DNA of 64,000 nucleotides from a virus (IMGVR_UViG_3300042691_019384:44652-108651), one strand, 5' to 3'; positions 11,765 to 22,252 are shown, counted from the stretch's first letter. Notes: generated by a model from the sequence alone, not told the origin. Numbers and translations: made by a program.

Positions 11765-12967
11765 ATGGGATTCAATAGTACCGCAACAACAACAACATTA
11801 ACTGCTAAATTAACACCAATAGGCAGGTCAAAATTAATATCTAATAATAACTCACTAATAACATCATTTAGTTTTGGTGATTCAGATGCTAATTATAACG
11901 TACCTGTATTATTGGAAACAGGACAAATACCAGCTGATTCTGGTAATGTTGGTACAAATGGTTCAATTAGTAATAGTACAACAACTAATCCGCCTATAAG
12001 GAGTTTTTTGATTGCTAATCCAAGTGGGTCATTAATAAAGCCTGTAGAATCACAATCTACAACTATTATTAATGAGATTAAGTCTAATGGACAAGTAACT
12101 ATTACTGGTAATAACATTTCACAAAATGTTATAAATAGAAATAACTACACAACAGACCCATTAGTTAATTTATTTTATTCATTTGGTTTACCATTAAATC
12201 AAACACAAGACGCTAATTTTACTGGCACAACATTTGCAAATGGTGGTTTTTCTGATACAGCATACAGTGGTTTAGCACAAACAAACATAGTTGTGTTAGG
12301 TATAAACAATTCAAACTATGGTGAATTATTAGATGGTAAACAAATAAAATTAGAATTACCTACATCAGCTGGTACTTATACTATTTATAGCACATTCCAA
12401 AATAAAAGTACATCACTAAATGTTGAAGATGCTAACTATATTGAAACATCTGTAGTATCAACAAAAATAGGTAATAATATAGCTTTTTTATTTTCTGACA
12501 CGATTAAAAAACCAAACGGTGGTGATGCAACTTTAAGTTGGGCAACAGGTTTTGGTCAAGTAAAACCATTTACATTAGCAAATAAAAAATTATTTAACAT
12601 TCAAGATAACCCTAATTTAGGTTTAAGTGCGGATACTATTGTTGGTGTTGCTTATTTAGATAAAGGATTTTTAGTTATAACTGACCCAACAATAGTAAAT
12701 AATTATAATACTGGAACATCAACAGGTGTATCAGTAACATTTAATAGTGTTTCAACAACAGTATTTCAAAATATCACATGTATTGCTGGTAGAGGTGAAT
12801 TTGGAACGTCAACAAATCCTACATTTAAATCAAGTGATACACCAAGAATAAGTGAGGTGTTATTGTATGACAATGTTGGTAATATCATTGCGATTGCAAA
12901 GACTGATAGACATGTAACAAAAAATGTTAATGAATTCTTAGCATTTAATATAAAAATTAATCTATAA
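11765..12967 (+). CDS. hypothetical virion structural protein
   Basis: 400-aa ORF, Thr/Asn/Ser-rich. Confidence 0.45.
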   Translation: MGFNSTATTTTLTAKLTPIGRSKLISNNNSLITSFSFGDSDANYNVPVLLETGQIPADSGNVGTNGSISNSTTTNPPIRSFLIANPSGSLIKPVESQSTTIINEIKSNGQVTITGNNISQNVINRNNYTTDPLVNLFYSFGLPLNQTQDANFTGTTFANGGFSDTAYSGLAQTNIVVLGINNSNYGELLDGKQIKLELPTSAGTYTIYSTFQNKSTSLNVEDANYIETSVVSTKIGNNIAFLFSDTIKKPNGGDATLSWATGFGQVKPFTLANKKLFNIQDNPNLGLSADTIVGVAYLDKGFLVITDPTIVNNYNTGTSTGVSVTFNSVSTTVFQNITCIAGRGEFGTSTNPTFKSSDTPRISEVLLYDNVGNIIAIAKTDRHVTKNVNEFLAFNIKINL

Positions 12968-13023
12968 AGTCTTTATTTTTGTTATTTTTTAATTAACATA
13001 ATAATTAAAGTATATTAATTATT

Positions 13024-13665
13024 ATGGATAACAAACCAAAATTCATTTTATCGTTAGATGTAAGTACAAGTACTATCGGTATTGCATTATTTCAAGATAA
13101 TGGTAACAGTGGAGAACTTAAATTATTACATCATGTGACACCTAATATTAAACCAAAACCGACAAATAAAATGGAGGAATTGTTTAAAAAAGTTGAGGTG
13201 TTTAATGAAGAATTTTTAATCAAATATAAAGATTTTGGTATAACTAGAGTTATCATTGAAGAACCATTATTACAATCTAATAACGTATATACTATTGCAA
13301 CATTATTAAGATTTAATGGGATGATATCTAAATCTGTTTTTGATGTTTTAGGGATTGTACCAGATTTCATTTCGTCTTATGATGCTAGAAAATTTGGTTT
13401 TCCAGAACTTATGGGTATTAGAAAATTTAAAAAAGATGGTACACCATTGACTGAAAAACAAATAGCTAAAAATGAACCAGTTTTATTTGGTGCGTATGAC
13501 TACAACGTAGATAAAAAAATGGTTATATTTGAAAAAGTATGTGAATTAGAACCACAGATAAAATGGTTTTTAGATAAAAACAACAAACTTAAAAAAGAGA
13601 ATTTTGATGTTAGTGATGCATACTGTGCTTGTATAGGCTACATGAAAAAAATGGGAATTTGGTGA
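13024..13665 (+). CDS. RuvC-like Holliday junction resolvase
   Basis: N-terminal ILSLDVSTSTIGIALF (RuvC motif I Asp), IIEEP (Glu), C-terminal DVSDAYCACIGY (RuvC DxxDA motif). Confidence 0.6.
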   Translation: MDNKPKFILSLDVSTSTIGIALFQDNGNSGELKLLHHVTPNIKPKPTNKMEELFKKVEVFNEEFLIKYKDFGITRVIIEEPLLQSNNVYTIATLLRFNGMISKSVFDVLGIVPDFISSYDARKFGFPELMGIRKFKKDGTPLTEKQIAKNEPVLFGAYDYNVDKKMVIFEKVCELEPQIKWFLDKNNKLKKENFDVSDAYCACIGYMKKMGIW

Positions 13666-13687
13666 TAAAATTAGTATATTTGTTTTT

Positions 13688-14638
13688 GTGAATGAATATC
13701 TAATCAACATACTTGAAAAATTTTTAGGTGATTATAGAAAACATAACGAAGATAATCACCAAATATCTTTTGATTGCCCTGCTTGTTCGGAAGATAAAGG
13801 ACTTGATAACGGTGATGGTAAAGGTAATTTAGAAATAAATTACAAATTTGGTGTATTTAAATGTTGGGCCTGTCAAGACACCAACAATATGCATGGTAAA
13901 ATACCTACTTTAATAAAAAGATATGGTAATAGACGATTATTAGATGAATTTAGTTTTTTAAATTTTGAATTTAATGACGTTGAAGATAAAGAAAAAAAGA
14001 TAACAGTTTCATTACCAAAAGAATACAAAAAACTTTCAGGTGTTGTTAAAAAAGATATTGATTATAATATCGCAATAAAATACTTAAAAAAACGAGGCAT
14101 AACTGAAGAAATCATTGAGAAATATAATATTGGTTATGCGACAGAAGGAAATTACAAAAATCGTATTATTATACCATCATATAACCAATTTAATAATGTA
14201 AATTATTTTATAGGTAGATGGTATCATAATAACTACACTAAATTAAAATATTTAAATCCAGACGCAGAGAAAAGTGAAATAATATTCAATGAAGCCAAAT
14301 TGAATTTTGATTCAAATATATATTTGGTTGAAGGTGTTTTTGACCACATAGTAGTTCCAAATTCAGTTCCTTTATTAGGTAAACATGTATCTGACAATTT
14401 GTTACACTTGTTACATGATAAGGCTTGTGGTGATATTATTGTAGTTTTTGATGGTGACGCATATAATGATGCGAAAGAAATATACCGAAAATTAAATTTT
14501 GGTGATTTATATGGTAGGATTAAGATAGTAAAATGTCCTGACGAATATGACCCAAGTAAAATATATGAATTATTAGGTAATAAAGGTATTGTAAAATTAT
14601 TAATGACCGCTACTAAATTATCTGAATTTGAGATTTAA
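13688..14638 (+). CDS. DNA primase (zinc-ribbon + TOPRIM, DnaG/T7 gp4-like)
   Basis: CPACSEDKG...CWAC zinc ribbon; TOPRIM motifs LVEGVFDHI and VVFDGDAYND; GTG start directly after a TAGTATATTTG promoter box. Confidence 0.65.
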   Translation: MNEYLINILEKFLGDYRKHNEDNHQISFDCPACSEDKGLDNGDGKGNLEINYKFGVFKCWACQDTNNMHGKIPTLIKRYGNRRLLDEFSFLNFEFNDVEDKEKKITVSLPKEYKKLSGVVKKDIDYNIAIKYLKKRGITEEIIEKYNIGYATEGNYKNRIIIPSYNQFNNVNYFIGRWYHNNYTKLKYLNPDAEKSEIIFNEAKLNFDSNIYLVEGVFDHIVVPNSVPLLGKHVSDNLLHLLHDKACGDIIVVFDGDAYNDAKEIYRKLNFGDLYGRIKIVKCPDEYDPSKIYELLGNKGIVKLLMTATKLSEFEI

Positions 14639-14672
14639 CTTTTTTTTATATATTTATGTATAAAATAAAATA

Positions 14673-14942
14673 ATGAAAGATTTGAAAAAAATTATGGAAA
14701 AAGATATTAACAAAATGATTGAAGATGGGTTTAAATTAGCCCAAAAACACGAACAAATTAGACAAGAAATGTTGGATAGTGATTCTTTACCACAAGAAAT
14801 GAAAAAAGAATTACTTAAACTAAACCAAGAGTTTGAAGAACAACATTTAAAGGAAGAAAAATATATAGAGGATAATAAACATAGAAAAATTGTTGGGTAT
14901 AATCCAGAAAACTTTATACCAATCTACGAAGATGAAAAGTAG
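14673..14942 (+). CDS. small charged hypothetical protein
   Basis: 89-aa ORF, Lys/Glu-rich. Confidence 0.35.
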   Translation: MKDLKKIMEKDINKMIEDGFKLAQKHEQIRQEMLDSDSLPQEMKKELLKLNQEFEEQHLKEEKYIEDNKHRKIVGYNPENFIPIYEDEK

Positions 14943-14955
14943 TATTGGTGCTAAC

Positions 14956-15078
14956 GGTTATGCGCAATACATCTTTATAACTAATTGATGTATATTTAAT
15001 TACAACAATATTTTAGGATAAAAATATCACGCAACTAAAACATTTTTTTGTTTAATTCGATTATTAATAGTATATTTG
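14956..15078 (+). repeat. copy A of a 123-bp intergenic repeat ending in a promoter -7 box
   Basis: about 90% identical to the copies at 38431 and 56506; shared core TACGCAATACATTTTTATAACTAATTG...GATAAAAATATCACGCAACTAAAA...TTTGTTTAATT...TAGTATATTTG. Confidence 0.8.
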
Positions 15079-15083
15079 TTAAT

Positions 15084-15869
15084 ATGGGAAAAATTAAAAA
15101 ATGGGATAAATGTTTGGTTTATTTAGAACCAATTGAACACAAATATTATCATAAAGAAACTGGTAAGCGGTATAAATCTGTAACAACAACTCTAAGTTCT
15201 ATAGAACCACATTTTAATGCTGAAGATGTGTCATTAGCAATTTTTAACCAAAAAGACAATGTTAAACAAGAAGTTTACATTGGTATGACACAGCAACAGA
15301 TATTAGATTATTGGCAACAACTTAATGATGAAGCCAACGAATATGGTACAAAAGTACATAATATATTAGAAGATTATTTATTAGCTAATAAATGGTATTT
15401 TCCACCAAATACTGACGAAGGGTTATTTGAACAAAAAGTTATTGATGGTTTTAACGAGCTTAAAATAGATGAAGGTGAAGCAATGTGGCCAGAAAGAATT
15501 CTTTTTGCTGAACAATATGAGTTGGCTGGAACATCAGATTTGATTATTGATATTGATTCTGTTTTTTTTGATGTAGCTGATTTTAAAACTAATAGAGTTT
15601 TTAATTTCTATAATCCTTATGGGTATGAGACATTAAAAAAACCATTCGATTATCTTCAAGCATGTCAATGGTCAATTTATACATTACAATTAAGTGTTTA
15701 TGCATACATGTATGAACTTGAGTTCCCTAAAAGAAAATGTAGACAGATATATGTTTTGTATTGGGATAAAGTTGCTGAAAAATTCAGTAAAATACAAATA
15801 ATGTATATGAAAAACGAAGCAAAAAAATTAATAGAAATGCATCATTATAATGTAATTAACGGAATATAA
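15084..15869 (+). CDS. putative PD-(D/E)xK-type nuclease
   Basis: start moved to the in-frame ATG at 15084 because 15048-15080 is the promoter repeat; motif GTSDLIIDID...VADFKTN fits a D...(D/E)xK core. Confidence 0.4.
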   Translation: MGKIKKWDKCLVYLEPIEHKYYHKETGKRYKSVTTTLSSIEPHFNAEDVSLAIFNQKDNVKQEVYIGMTQQQILDYWQQLNDEANEYGTKVHNILEDYLLANKWYFPPNTDEGLFEQKVIDGFNELKIDEGEAMWPERILFAEQYELAGTSDLIIDIDSVFFDVADFKTNRVFNFYNPYGYETLKKPFDYLQACQWSIYTLQLSVYAYMYELEFPKRKCRQIYVLYWDKVAEKFSKIQIMYMKNEAKKLIEMHHYNVINGI

Positions 15870-15875
15870 TTTAAA

Positions 15876-17240
15876 ATGACAAAGAAAAATAACTTTATTA
15901 AAAAAGCTAAGAAGAGACCATTTTTTAATGGTGGTATGCCAGACATATCAATGTTAACTGAGAAACAACTTGAGATATATAACAAATTAAGTAAAATAGA
16001 ACTTGATGTTTTTTCTGAACATGTTTTAACTGGGTATGCTGGTACTGGTAAAACTTTTTTGGTTGGTAAAATAATAAATAAATTTTTATACGATAATAAA
16101 ACAGCATCAGTTGCAGTAACCGCAACAACACATAAAGCTGTTAAAGTATTAAAAGTATTAAATAATTTAAACCAAGATAATGAAAGTATTCAATTTTATA
16201 CATTACATTCATTATTAGGTCTTAAACGTGAAATAAATAGTGATGGTAGTGAATCATATGTTTCAGATTTTTTAGGGTCAAAGGCTGAGGATTATTCATT
16301 AATAATTGTTGATGAATCATCAATGTTAGACAATGATTTATATAAAAAATTAGTTAAAACAGCTAAAGGTCATTCAATACCGTTATTATTCATTGGTGAT
16401 GAAAAACAGATTCCACCAGTAAACGGTGGTGACTTTGTGTTATTCACTAAAAAAATAGCTAATAAACATACACTTAGTGATATTATTAGACAAGAAAATG
16501 GTAATCCTATAATAGAGTTATCTAAAAATATTAGAGAAGGTAATAAACTAGAGTTTATTGATGAAATAAACGAAAATGGTTCTGTCAATTACATAAAACT
16601 TGGTGGTGAGGATTCATTCATTAATGAATATTTCACTAGTGAAGAATTTAAAAAGAATCCAAACTATATTAAAATACTTGCTTGGACTAATTCAGCTGTT
16701 GATTATTATAATAATAAAGCTAGACAAGCAATATATGGTGAAAATTGCGACAGAATATGTATTGGTGAAAAAATGGTTCTTAATAGACCTATTGTTTTAG
16801 GTAAAAAAGTATTAATGAATAATAATGACGAATTTGAAGTCTTATCTTACGAAGTCAATACAGAAACAGTTGGGTTTCCTTTTAAATATTATTCTTTAGA
16901 AGTTATTAGTGAAGGTGAAACACATAGAATAAAACTATTACATGAAGATAGCTTTTTATCCTTTAATAATGTTTTACAATCCTTAAAAAAGGAAGCTATG
17001 AATACAAAAGATAGTTATAGTAGACGTTTAAAATGGGTTAATTATTATAAATTAGCTGAAAAATATGTAGACGCTAAATATAATTATGCTTTAACCGTGC
17101 ATAAATCACAAGGCAGTACATTTGAAAACAGTATTGTTATCTATTGTGATGTATTAAGAATAAAAGATATTGAAGAACGTAATAAATTATTATATACTTC
17201 AGTAACAAGAGCTAAAAAGAATTTATATTTAATTTACTAA
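15876..17240 (+). CDS. SF1B DNA helicase (Dda/RecD-like)
   Basis: Walker A GYAGTGKT; Walker B IIVDESSM; C-terminal TVHKSQGSTF motif typical of Dda/RecD/Pif1 helicases. Confidence 0.75.
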   Translation: MTKKNNFIKKAKKRPFFNGGMPDISMLTEKQLEIYNKLSKIELDVFSEHVLTGYAGTGKTFLVGKIINKFLYDNKTASVAVTATTHKAVKVLKVLNNLNQDNESIQFYTLHSLLGLKREINSDGSESYVSDFLGSKAEDYSLIIVDESSMLDNDLYKKLVKTAKGHSIPLLFIGDEKQIPPVNGGDFVLFTKKIANKHTLSDIIRQENGNPIIELSKNIREGNKLEFIDEINENGSVNYIKLGGEDSFINEYFTSEEFKKNPNYIKILAWTNSAVDYYNNKARQAIYGENCDRICIGEKMVLNRPIVLGKKVLMNNNDEFEVLSYEVNTETVGFPFKYYSLEVISEGETHRIKLLHEDSFLSFNNVLQSLKKEAMNTKDSYSRRLKWVNYYKLAEKYVDAKYNYALTVHKSQGSTFENSIVIYCDVLRIKDIEERNKLLYTSVTRAKKNLYLIY

Positions 17241-17244
17241 TAGT

Positions 17245-18063
17245 ATGGAAGTAAAATTTGTAATACACATTGGTGATATACATATCAGAACGTATAGATA
17301 TCACGAAGAATATAAGACCGTTTTAAATAATCTCTTTAATGATATTAAAAAGGTAATTGAAGGTCATAAACGAGAAGAAATTAGAATAGTTGTTGCTGGT
17401 GATATTGTACATCAAAAGATAGTAATATCAAATGAGCAATTATTATTAACAACTTGGTTTCTTAAATCTTTAGAAGAAATAGCAACAGTTGTTATGATAG
17501 CTGGGAACCATGATATGTTAGAAAATAATAAAGACAGAATGGATTCATTAACACCAATTGTTCAATTATTATCTGATAAAGACATTAATTATTTTAAAGA
17601 GAGTAAATGTTATTTAGATAATAATATTGTTTGGTGCATCTATTCAATATTTGAAGAAAACGCTAGACCAGATATTGAATCTGCTAGAGAAGAGTTTGGT
17701 AATGACAAAACATATATAGGTTTATTTCATGGTCCTATAAATGGTTTAAAAACTGATATAGGTTATGAGATTGAACATGGATATGGGTTGGAGATTTTTG
17801 ATGGTTGTGATATTGTTATGTGTGGTGATATACATAAAAGAAGTTGTTTAACTATTAATAACACAAAGGTAGTTATGCCTGGTAGTACAATACAACAAGA
17901 TTTTGGTGAAAATATAAATAATCATGGGTTTTTATTTTGGGATATTAAAAATAGAACATACACTGAACATGATGTTGCCAACCCTTTTTCTTTTTATAAA
18001 TTCACTATAAATAGTCTTGACGATTTAGAAAATAATTCTGAAAATTTAGTAAATTTAAATTAG
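17245..18063 (+). CDS. sbcD: SbcD/Mre11-like metallophosphoesterase nuclease
   Basis: IHIGDIHI, VVAGDIVHQ and GNHDM calcineurin-like phosphoesterase motifs; directly upstream of an SbcC-like ATPase. Confidence 0.7.
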   Translation: MEVKFVIHIGDIHIRTYRYHEEYKTVLNNLFNDIKKVIEGHKREEIRIVVAGDIVHQKIVISNEQLLLTTWFLKSLEEIATVVMIAGNHDMLENNKDRMDSLTPIVQLLSDKDINYFKESKCYLDNNIVWCIYSIFEENARPDIESAREEFGNDKTYIGLFHGPINGLKTDIGYEIEHGYGLEIFDGCDIVMCGDIHKRSCLTINNTKVVMPGSTIQQDFGENINNHGFLFWDIKNRTYTEHDVANPFSFYKFTINSLDDLENNSENLVNLN

Positions 18064-18065
18064 AA

Positions 18066-18413
18066 ATGGAAATCCCTAAAGATTTAAAAAATGAGATATT
18101 TGATTATTGTAGGTTAAATGACATAACAAATATAGATAACTTTATGTTAAAGTTGATGAAACAAGGGTTTACTGTTGAAAAATTTGGTGCAACACCATCA
18201 ACAAAAATACAAGAAAAGATTGTTGAAAAAATTGTTGAAGTACCAGTTGAAAAAATTGTATATTTAACAGATAATTCAGAGATATCAACTTTAACTGAAA
18301 AAATAAATAGTTTGGAAAACACATTAGCTGAACAAATAGAAAAAAATAATCAGCTATCAGAAAAAATAAAATCATTAGAACAGAACAAAAAAAATATATA
18401 CGGAGAGTTATGA
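18066..18413 (+). CDS. small hypothetical protein with a coiled-coil C-terminus
   Basis: 115-aa ORF between sbcD-like and sbcC-like genes. Confidence 0.35.
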   Translation: MEIPKDLKNEIFDYCRLNDITNIDNFMLKLMKQGFTVEKFGATPSTKIQEKIVEKIVEVPVEKIVYLTDNSEISTLTEKINSLENTLAEQIEKNNQLSEKIKSLEQNKKNIYGEL

Positions 18414-20761
18414 TTAACAAAAACGAAGTTTCAAAATATTCTAAAATTAAAGTAGAGTGGTCTGATAGACCTGAAAACTATTCTAAAGATGCTAAGAATA
18501 AAATAAAAAACCATTTTGCTAACAAATATGGTGTTAATAAAAACAATGTAACGGTTATTTACAAACCTGTAAAAATTAATAATAATGGTGAGTTAATTGA
18601 AGTTGATGGTGCTGGTATAGATAATATTATGGATATTAACTATCAAAGAGTGTTAATGAAGGAATTAATAAGTAGAGATGGTAAAGTAGTTGACTTCAAT
18701 AGAATAATAGCACTTGATGATAAAGTTAATGCTGAAATAAATGTTGATTTGACTGAAACACAACATAAAAAATGGAATATAAAATGGATAATGATTGATA
18801 ACTTCTTGTCATTTGGTGAGAATAATTATGTTCCTATAAATAAGTTAAATGGGTTAACTGTTGTTAATTCCTCTCCAAGTAATATGGGTGGAAAAACTAC
18901 ATTAACTATTGACAGTATGAAATTTTTGTTACATGGTAGTACAACAAAAACTGATAAGAACGAACAAATCTTTAATAGCTTTAGTGGCAAAAATGAGGTC
19001 GTTGTTAAGGGTATGATTGAGATTGATGGGCATGAGTTCATAATAGAGAGAAAGTTAAAGAGAACGGCTAAAAAGACTGGAGAATGGACTGTTGTCAGTA
19101 AAGTTAATTATTATGAGATTTTACCTGATGGTGAAGAAAAAATGTTGAATGAAGAAGATGCCAAAAGGACAACAATTAAACTAAGAGAAACTATTGGTAC
19201 TGAAAAAGATTTTGAGATGCTAGTATTAGCGACAGAAAGAAATCTTGATGATATGATTGGTTTAACAACTACTGAATCTGGTAAAGTATTAACAAGATTA
19301 ATTGGTCTTGAAATATTGGAACAGAAAGAAGCTGCTGTTAGGATTATGTATAATGAATTTTCAAGAAAAAAGAAATCAAATGATTATGATATAGTAACAT
19401 TAACAACAGAGATTGAAGAACATAATGAAAAGATAAATCAATTTAATGAACTTGAAGTAAAGTTAAATGATAAATTAACTGAAACAAAAGTAAAAATAGA
19501 AAAAACAAAGGGAGATATTGAAAATTATATTTCAAGTAAAGAAAAGATAGATGTTACTATAAGCACTTTAAATCCTGAAACATTAAATTCTAAGATAGAA
19601 GAATTAACAAAGATAGGTAAAACAACAAAAGAAAAAATAACCAATATTAATACAGAAATAGATAATATTGGTGAATTAAACTTTGATGAGGATGAATACC
19701 ATGAATTAAATAAAAAATACAATAAAAAAAATTCAGATAAAGCTGTAATCACATCAGATATTAATCGTTTAAAGAAAGTTGTTAAAGATTTAATAGCTGG
19801 AGGTATTTGCCAATCATGTAATAGAAAATTAGATGATGTTGATAATACATCACACATTAACAAACATAATGACGAAATAGAAGAAAAAGAAAATAATTTA
19901 TTAATTATAGAAAAAGAATTAAAACTATTAACTAATAAAATAGAGTCATTAAATGAGGTTAAAGTAAAAATAGATAAAAAAAATAAATTAGAGTTAGATA
20001 GAGATAGATTAGAAGTTGAAATTGATGGTCTAAGAAATAAGGTTATTGAAAAAAAGAATGAATTGACTAAATACAACCTGAATTTAGATGCTATTCAACA
20101 TAATAAAAATGTTGAAATTCTAATCACTAAAAGTAGGACAGATTTAAACGTTTTAGAAGTTGAGAAAGACGATTTAATAAAAAGAATAGAAAGAGTTAGT
20201 TCTGATATAACTAACAATAAAAACGACATACAAACAAAAACTAAATTAATTGAAACGATTAAAAAAGAAGAAGAGATTGAAAAGATTTTTAAAATCTATA
20301 TTGAGTTGGTTGGAAAAAAAGGAATCAGTAAATTGGTTTTACGTTCAGTATTACCAATTATAAATTCAGAAGTACAAAGATTACTTGAAGATGTTTGTGA
20401 TTTTGAAGTAGAAATTTATATAGATGAAAAAAATGATGTTCAGTTTTTAATAAATAAAGATGATACAACAAAATTATTAAAATCTGGTAGTGGGTTTGAG
20501 AAAACAGCGTCAAGTTTAGCTCTTAGAAGTGTCTTAGGAAAAGTATCAACATTACCGATGCCTAATTTTATAACTTTCGATGAAGTATTGGGTAAAGTTG
20601 CTCCTGATAATATAGAAAAATTAAAAGCATTATTTGATAAAATTAAAACAATGTATGATATTGTTTTTCTAATAACGCATAATGATATGGTAAAAGATTG
20701 GGCAAATAATGTTATTACCGTAACAAAAAATAATAACATATCTAATGTTATTATTAAATAA
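18410..20761 (+). CDS. sbcC: SbcC/Rad50-like SMC ATPase
   Basis: N-terminal P-loop NSSPSNMGGKTT; long central coiled coil; CxxC zinc hook-like CQSCNRK; C-terminal FLITHN D-loop/H-loop region. Confidence 0.7.
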   Translation: MINKNEVSKYSKIKVEWSDRPENYSKDAKNKIKNHFANKYGVNKNNVTVIYKPVKINNNGELIEVDGAGIDNIMDINYQRVLMKELISRDGKVVDFNRIIALDDKVNAEINVDLTETQHKKWNIKWIMIDNFLSFGENNYVPINKLNGLTVVNSSPSNMGGKTTLTIDSMKFLLHGSTTKTDKNEQIFNSFSGKNEVVVKGMIEIDGHEFIIERKLKRTAKKTGEWTVVSKVNYYEILPDGEEKMLNEEDAKRTTIKLRETIGTEKDFEMLVLATERNLDDMIGLTTTESGKVLTRLIGLEILEQKEAAVRIMYNEFSRKKKSNDYDIVTLTTEIEEHNEKINQFNELEVKLNDKLTETKVKIEKTKGDIENYISSKEKIDVTISTLNPETLNSKIEELTKIGKTTKEKITNINTEIDNIGELNFDEDEYHELNKKYNKKNSDKAVITSDINRLKKVVKDLIAGGICQSCNRKLDDVDNTSHINKHNDEIEEKENNLLIIEKELKLLTNKIESLNEVKVKIDKKNKLELDRDRLEVEIDGLRNKVIEKKNELTKYNLNLDAIQHNKNVEILITKSRTDLNVLEVEKDDLIKRIERVSSDITNNKNDIQTKTKLIETIKKEEEIEKIFKIYIELVGKKGISKLVLRSVLPIINSEVQRLLEDVCDFEVEIYIDEKNDVQFLINKDDTTKLLKSGSGFEKTASSLALRSVLGKVSTLPMPNFITFDEVLGKVAPDNIEKLKALFDKIKTMYDIVFLITHNDMVKDWANNVITVTKNNNISNVIIK

Positions 20762-20792
20762 TTGTTTTATTTTTAAAAAAATAGTATATTTG
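20762..20792 (+). promoter_or_regulatory. Bacteroidetes-type promoter (TTG, 20-nt spacer, TAGTATATTTG)
   Basis: TTG at 20763, TAtaTTTG at 20785-20792; one of about 20 instances of the same extended motif upstream of + strand genes. Confidence 0.6.
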
Positions 20793-20796
20793 TATT

Positions 20797-21351
20797 ATGA
20801 TATTTAAGAATTATTGTTTGATTTTATTGGGTAAGTTTGATAAAGAAGTTGCATTTGAAGAACTAAATAAAATTAGTGAGGTTAAAATTAATTATATATA
20901 CACTACTGGTTTATATATTGCAACTTTTTCAACAATTATGACACCAAAAGAAATGAAAAATTTGTTGAAAACATGTAAAAATAATTATTTTATTTTTGAG
21001 TTAAATGAGGATGTTACTTCTTTTAATTTACAAGATAAAACTGTTGAAAATGGTTTATTTAGTTTTTTAGGTGATATTGATTTGGATGAAATGTCTAAAA
21101 ATTTTATTAATGACATAAACGATACTAATGACATTCCTGAAATCCATGAAATAAAACATGGTGATGAAATAAATGGTTATAATAAAACAAATGATAAAAT
21201 AATTTTTAATAACCATAAAATAGATATAACCGAATTTATATCATCTTTATCAAAAGATGAGAAAGAAGCTTTATTTAACGAATTAATAGATAAGGGTGTT
21301 GATAAATTAAGCGATTTAGATAAAAGACTGCTTACTTTATTATCAAAATAA
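20797..21351 (+). CDS. hypothetical protein
   Basis: 184-aa ORF with its own promoter. Confidence 0.4.
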   Translation: MIFKNYCLILLGKFDKEVAFEELNKISEVKINYIYTTGLYIATFSTIMTPKEMKNLLKTCKNNYFIFELNEDVTSFNLQDKTVENGLFSFLGDIDLDEMSKNFINDINDTNDIPEIHEIKHGDEINGYNKTNDKIIFNNHKIDITEFISSLSKDEKEALFNELIDKGVDKLSDLDKRLLTLLSK

Positions 21352-21375
21352 CAAAATATGTAATAAATGTAATTA

Positions 21376-22215
21376 ATGAAAAAAAATAATCAAATTTTTT
21401 ATGAAAAAGATTCTTTAAACAATTTAAATTTATATTTTAAAGATTTAAGAAAAAGTAAAGTAATAACAAAAGAAGAAGAGATAATTCTTTCTGAAAGAAT
21501 AAAAAACGGTGATGAAGATGCCGTTAAAAGTTTAGTGGAAGCAAATTTAAAATTTGTTGTAACAATAGCTAAAGAATATCAAAATCAAGGCTTACCGATA
21601 AATGATTTAATAAATGAAGGTAATTATGGTTTATTAAAAGCAGCTAAGAAATTTGACCACACAATGGGTTTTAGATTCATTTCTTATGCTGTTTGGTGGG
21701 TAAGACAATCAATAATCAATAGTCTAAACGAAAACGCTAGAACGGTAAGATTACCAACAAATGTTATAAACAGATTATCTAATTTAAATAAAGAAATATT
21801 AAAAGAGTTAAAAAAATACGATAATTTTAACTATGAAAATGAAGAATTAACAAATGAGGCTGAACATCTTGGTTTATCAGTGTATAATCAAAATAAATCA
21901 TTAAATGATTTTGTTAATGATAACAATGATGAATTAATTGATTTGATAGGGATTGATGAAAAAGAAGAAGATAAATATGAATTAACTTCAGATATAAAAA
22001 ATGGTATAGTGAATATTCTTAATATTTTGGATGAAAGAGAAAAAGACATTATCATATCTTATTTTGGTTTAAATCCAGATGTTGAAAGTATGACATTAGA
22101 AGCTATTGGTGAAAAATATAACCTAACAAAAGAAAGAATACGTCAAATAAAAGAAAGTTCGTTACGTAAATTAAGGTACAATTCAGGTGAATTATATTCA
22201 CTAATTAATGAATAA
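21376..22215 (+). CDS. sigma-70 family RNA polymerase sigma factor
   Basis: region 2 (LVEANLKFVVTIAKEYQNQGLPINDLINEGNYGLLKAAKKFD...FISYAVWWVRQSI) and region 4 HTH (MTLEAIGEKYNLTKERIRQIKESSLRKLR). Confidence 0.8.
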   Translation: MKKNNQIFYEKDSLNNLNLYFKDLRKSKVITKEEEIILSERIKNGDEDAVKSLVEANLKFVVTIAKEYQNQGLPINDLINEGNYGLLKAAKKFDHTMGFRFISYAVWWVRQSIINSLNENARTVRLPTNVINRLSNLNKEILKELKKYDNFNYENEELTNEAEHLGLSVYNQNKSLNDFVNDNNDELIDLIGIDEKEEDKYELTSDIKNGIVNILNILDEREKDIIISYFGLNPDVESMTLEAIGEKYNLTKERIRQIKESSLRKLRYNSGELYSLINE

Positions 22216-22252
22216 TTTTTTTCGTTTTATATATTTATAAATAATTAAGATT

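Noticed and set aside
15048-15083. upstream ATG giving a 273-aa version of the nuclease-like ORF
   Set aside because: The first 36 nt are the conserved end of the 123-bp promoter repeat (TAGTATATTTG), so the in-frame ATG at 15084 is used instead.
19525-20076. 183-aa minus-strand ORF inside the sbcC-like gene
   Set aside because: Low-complexity Ser/Leu/Phe-rich translation, typical of the antisense frame of an AT-rich, Lys/Glu-rich coiled-coil gene.
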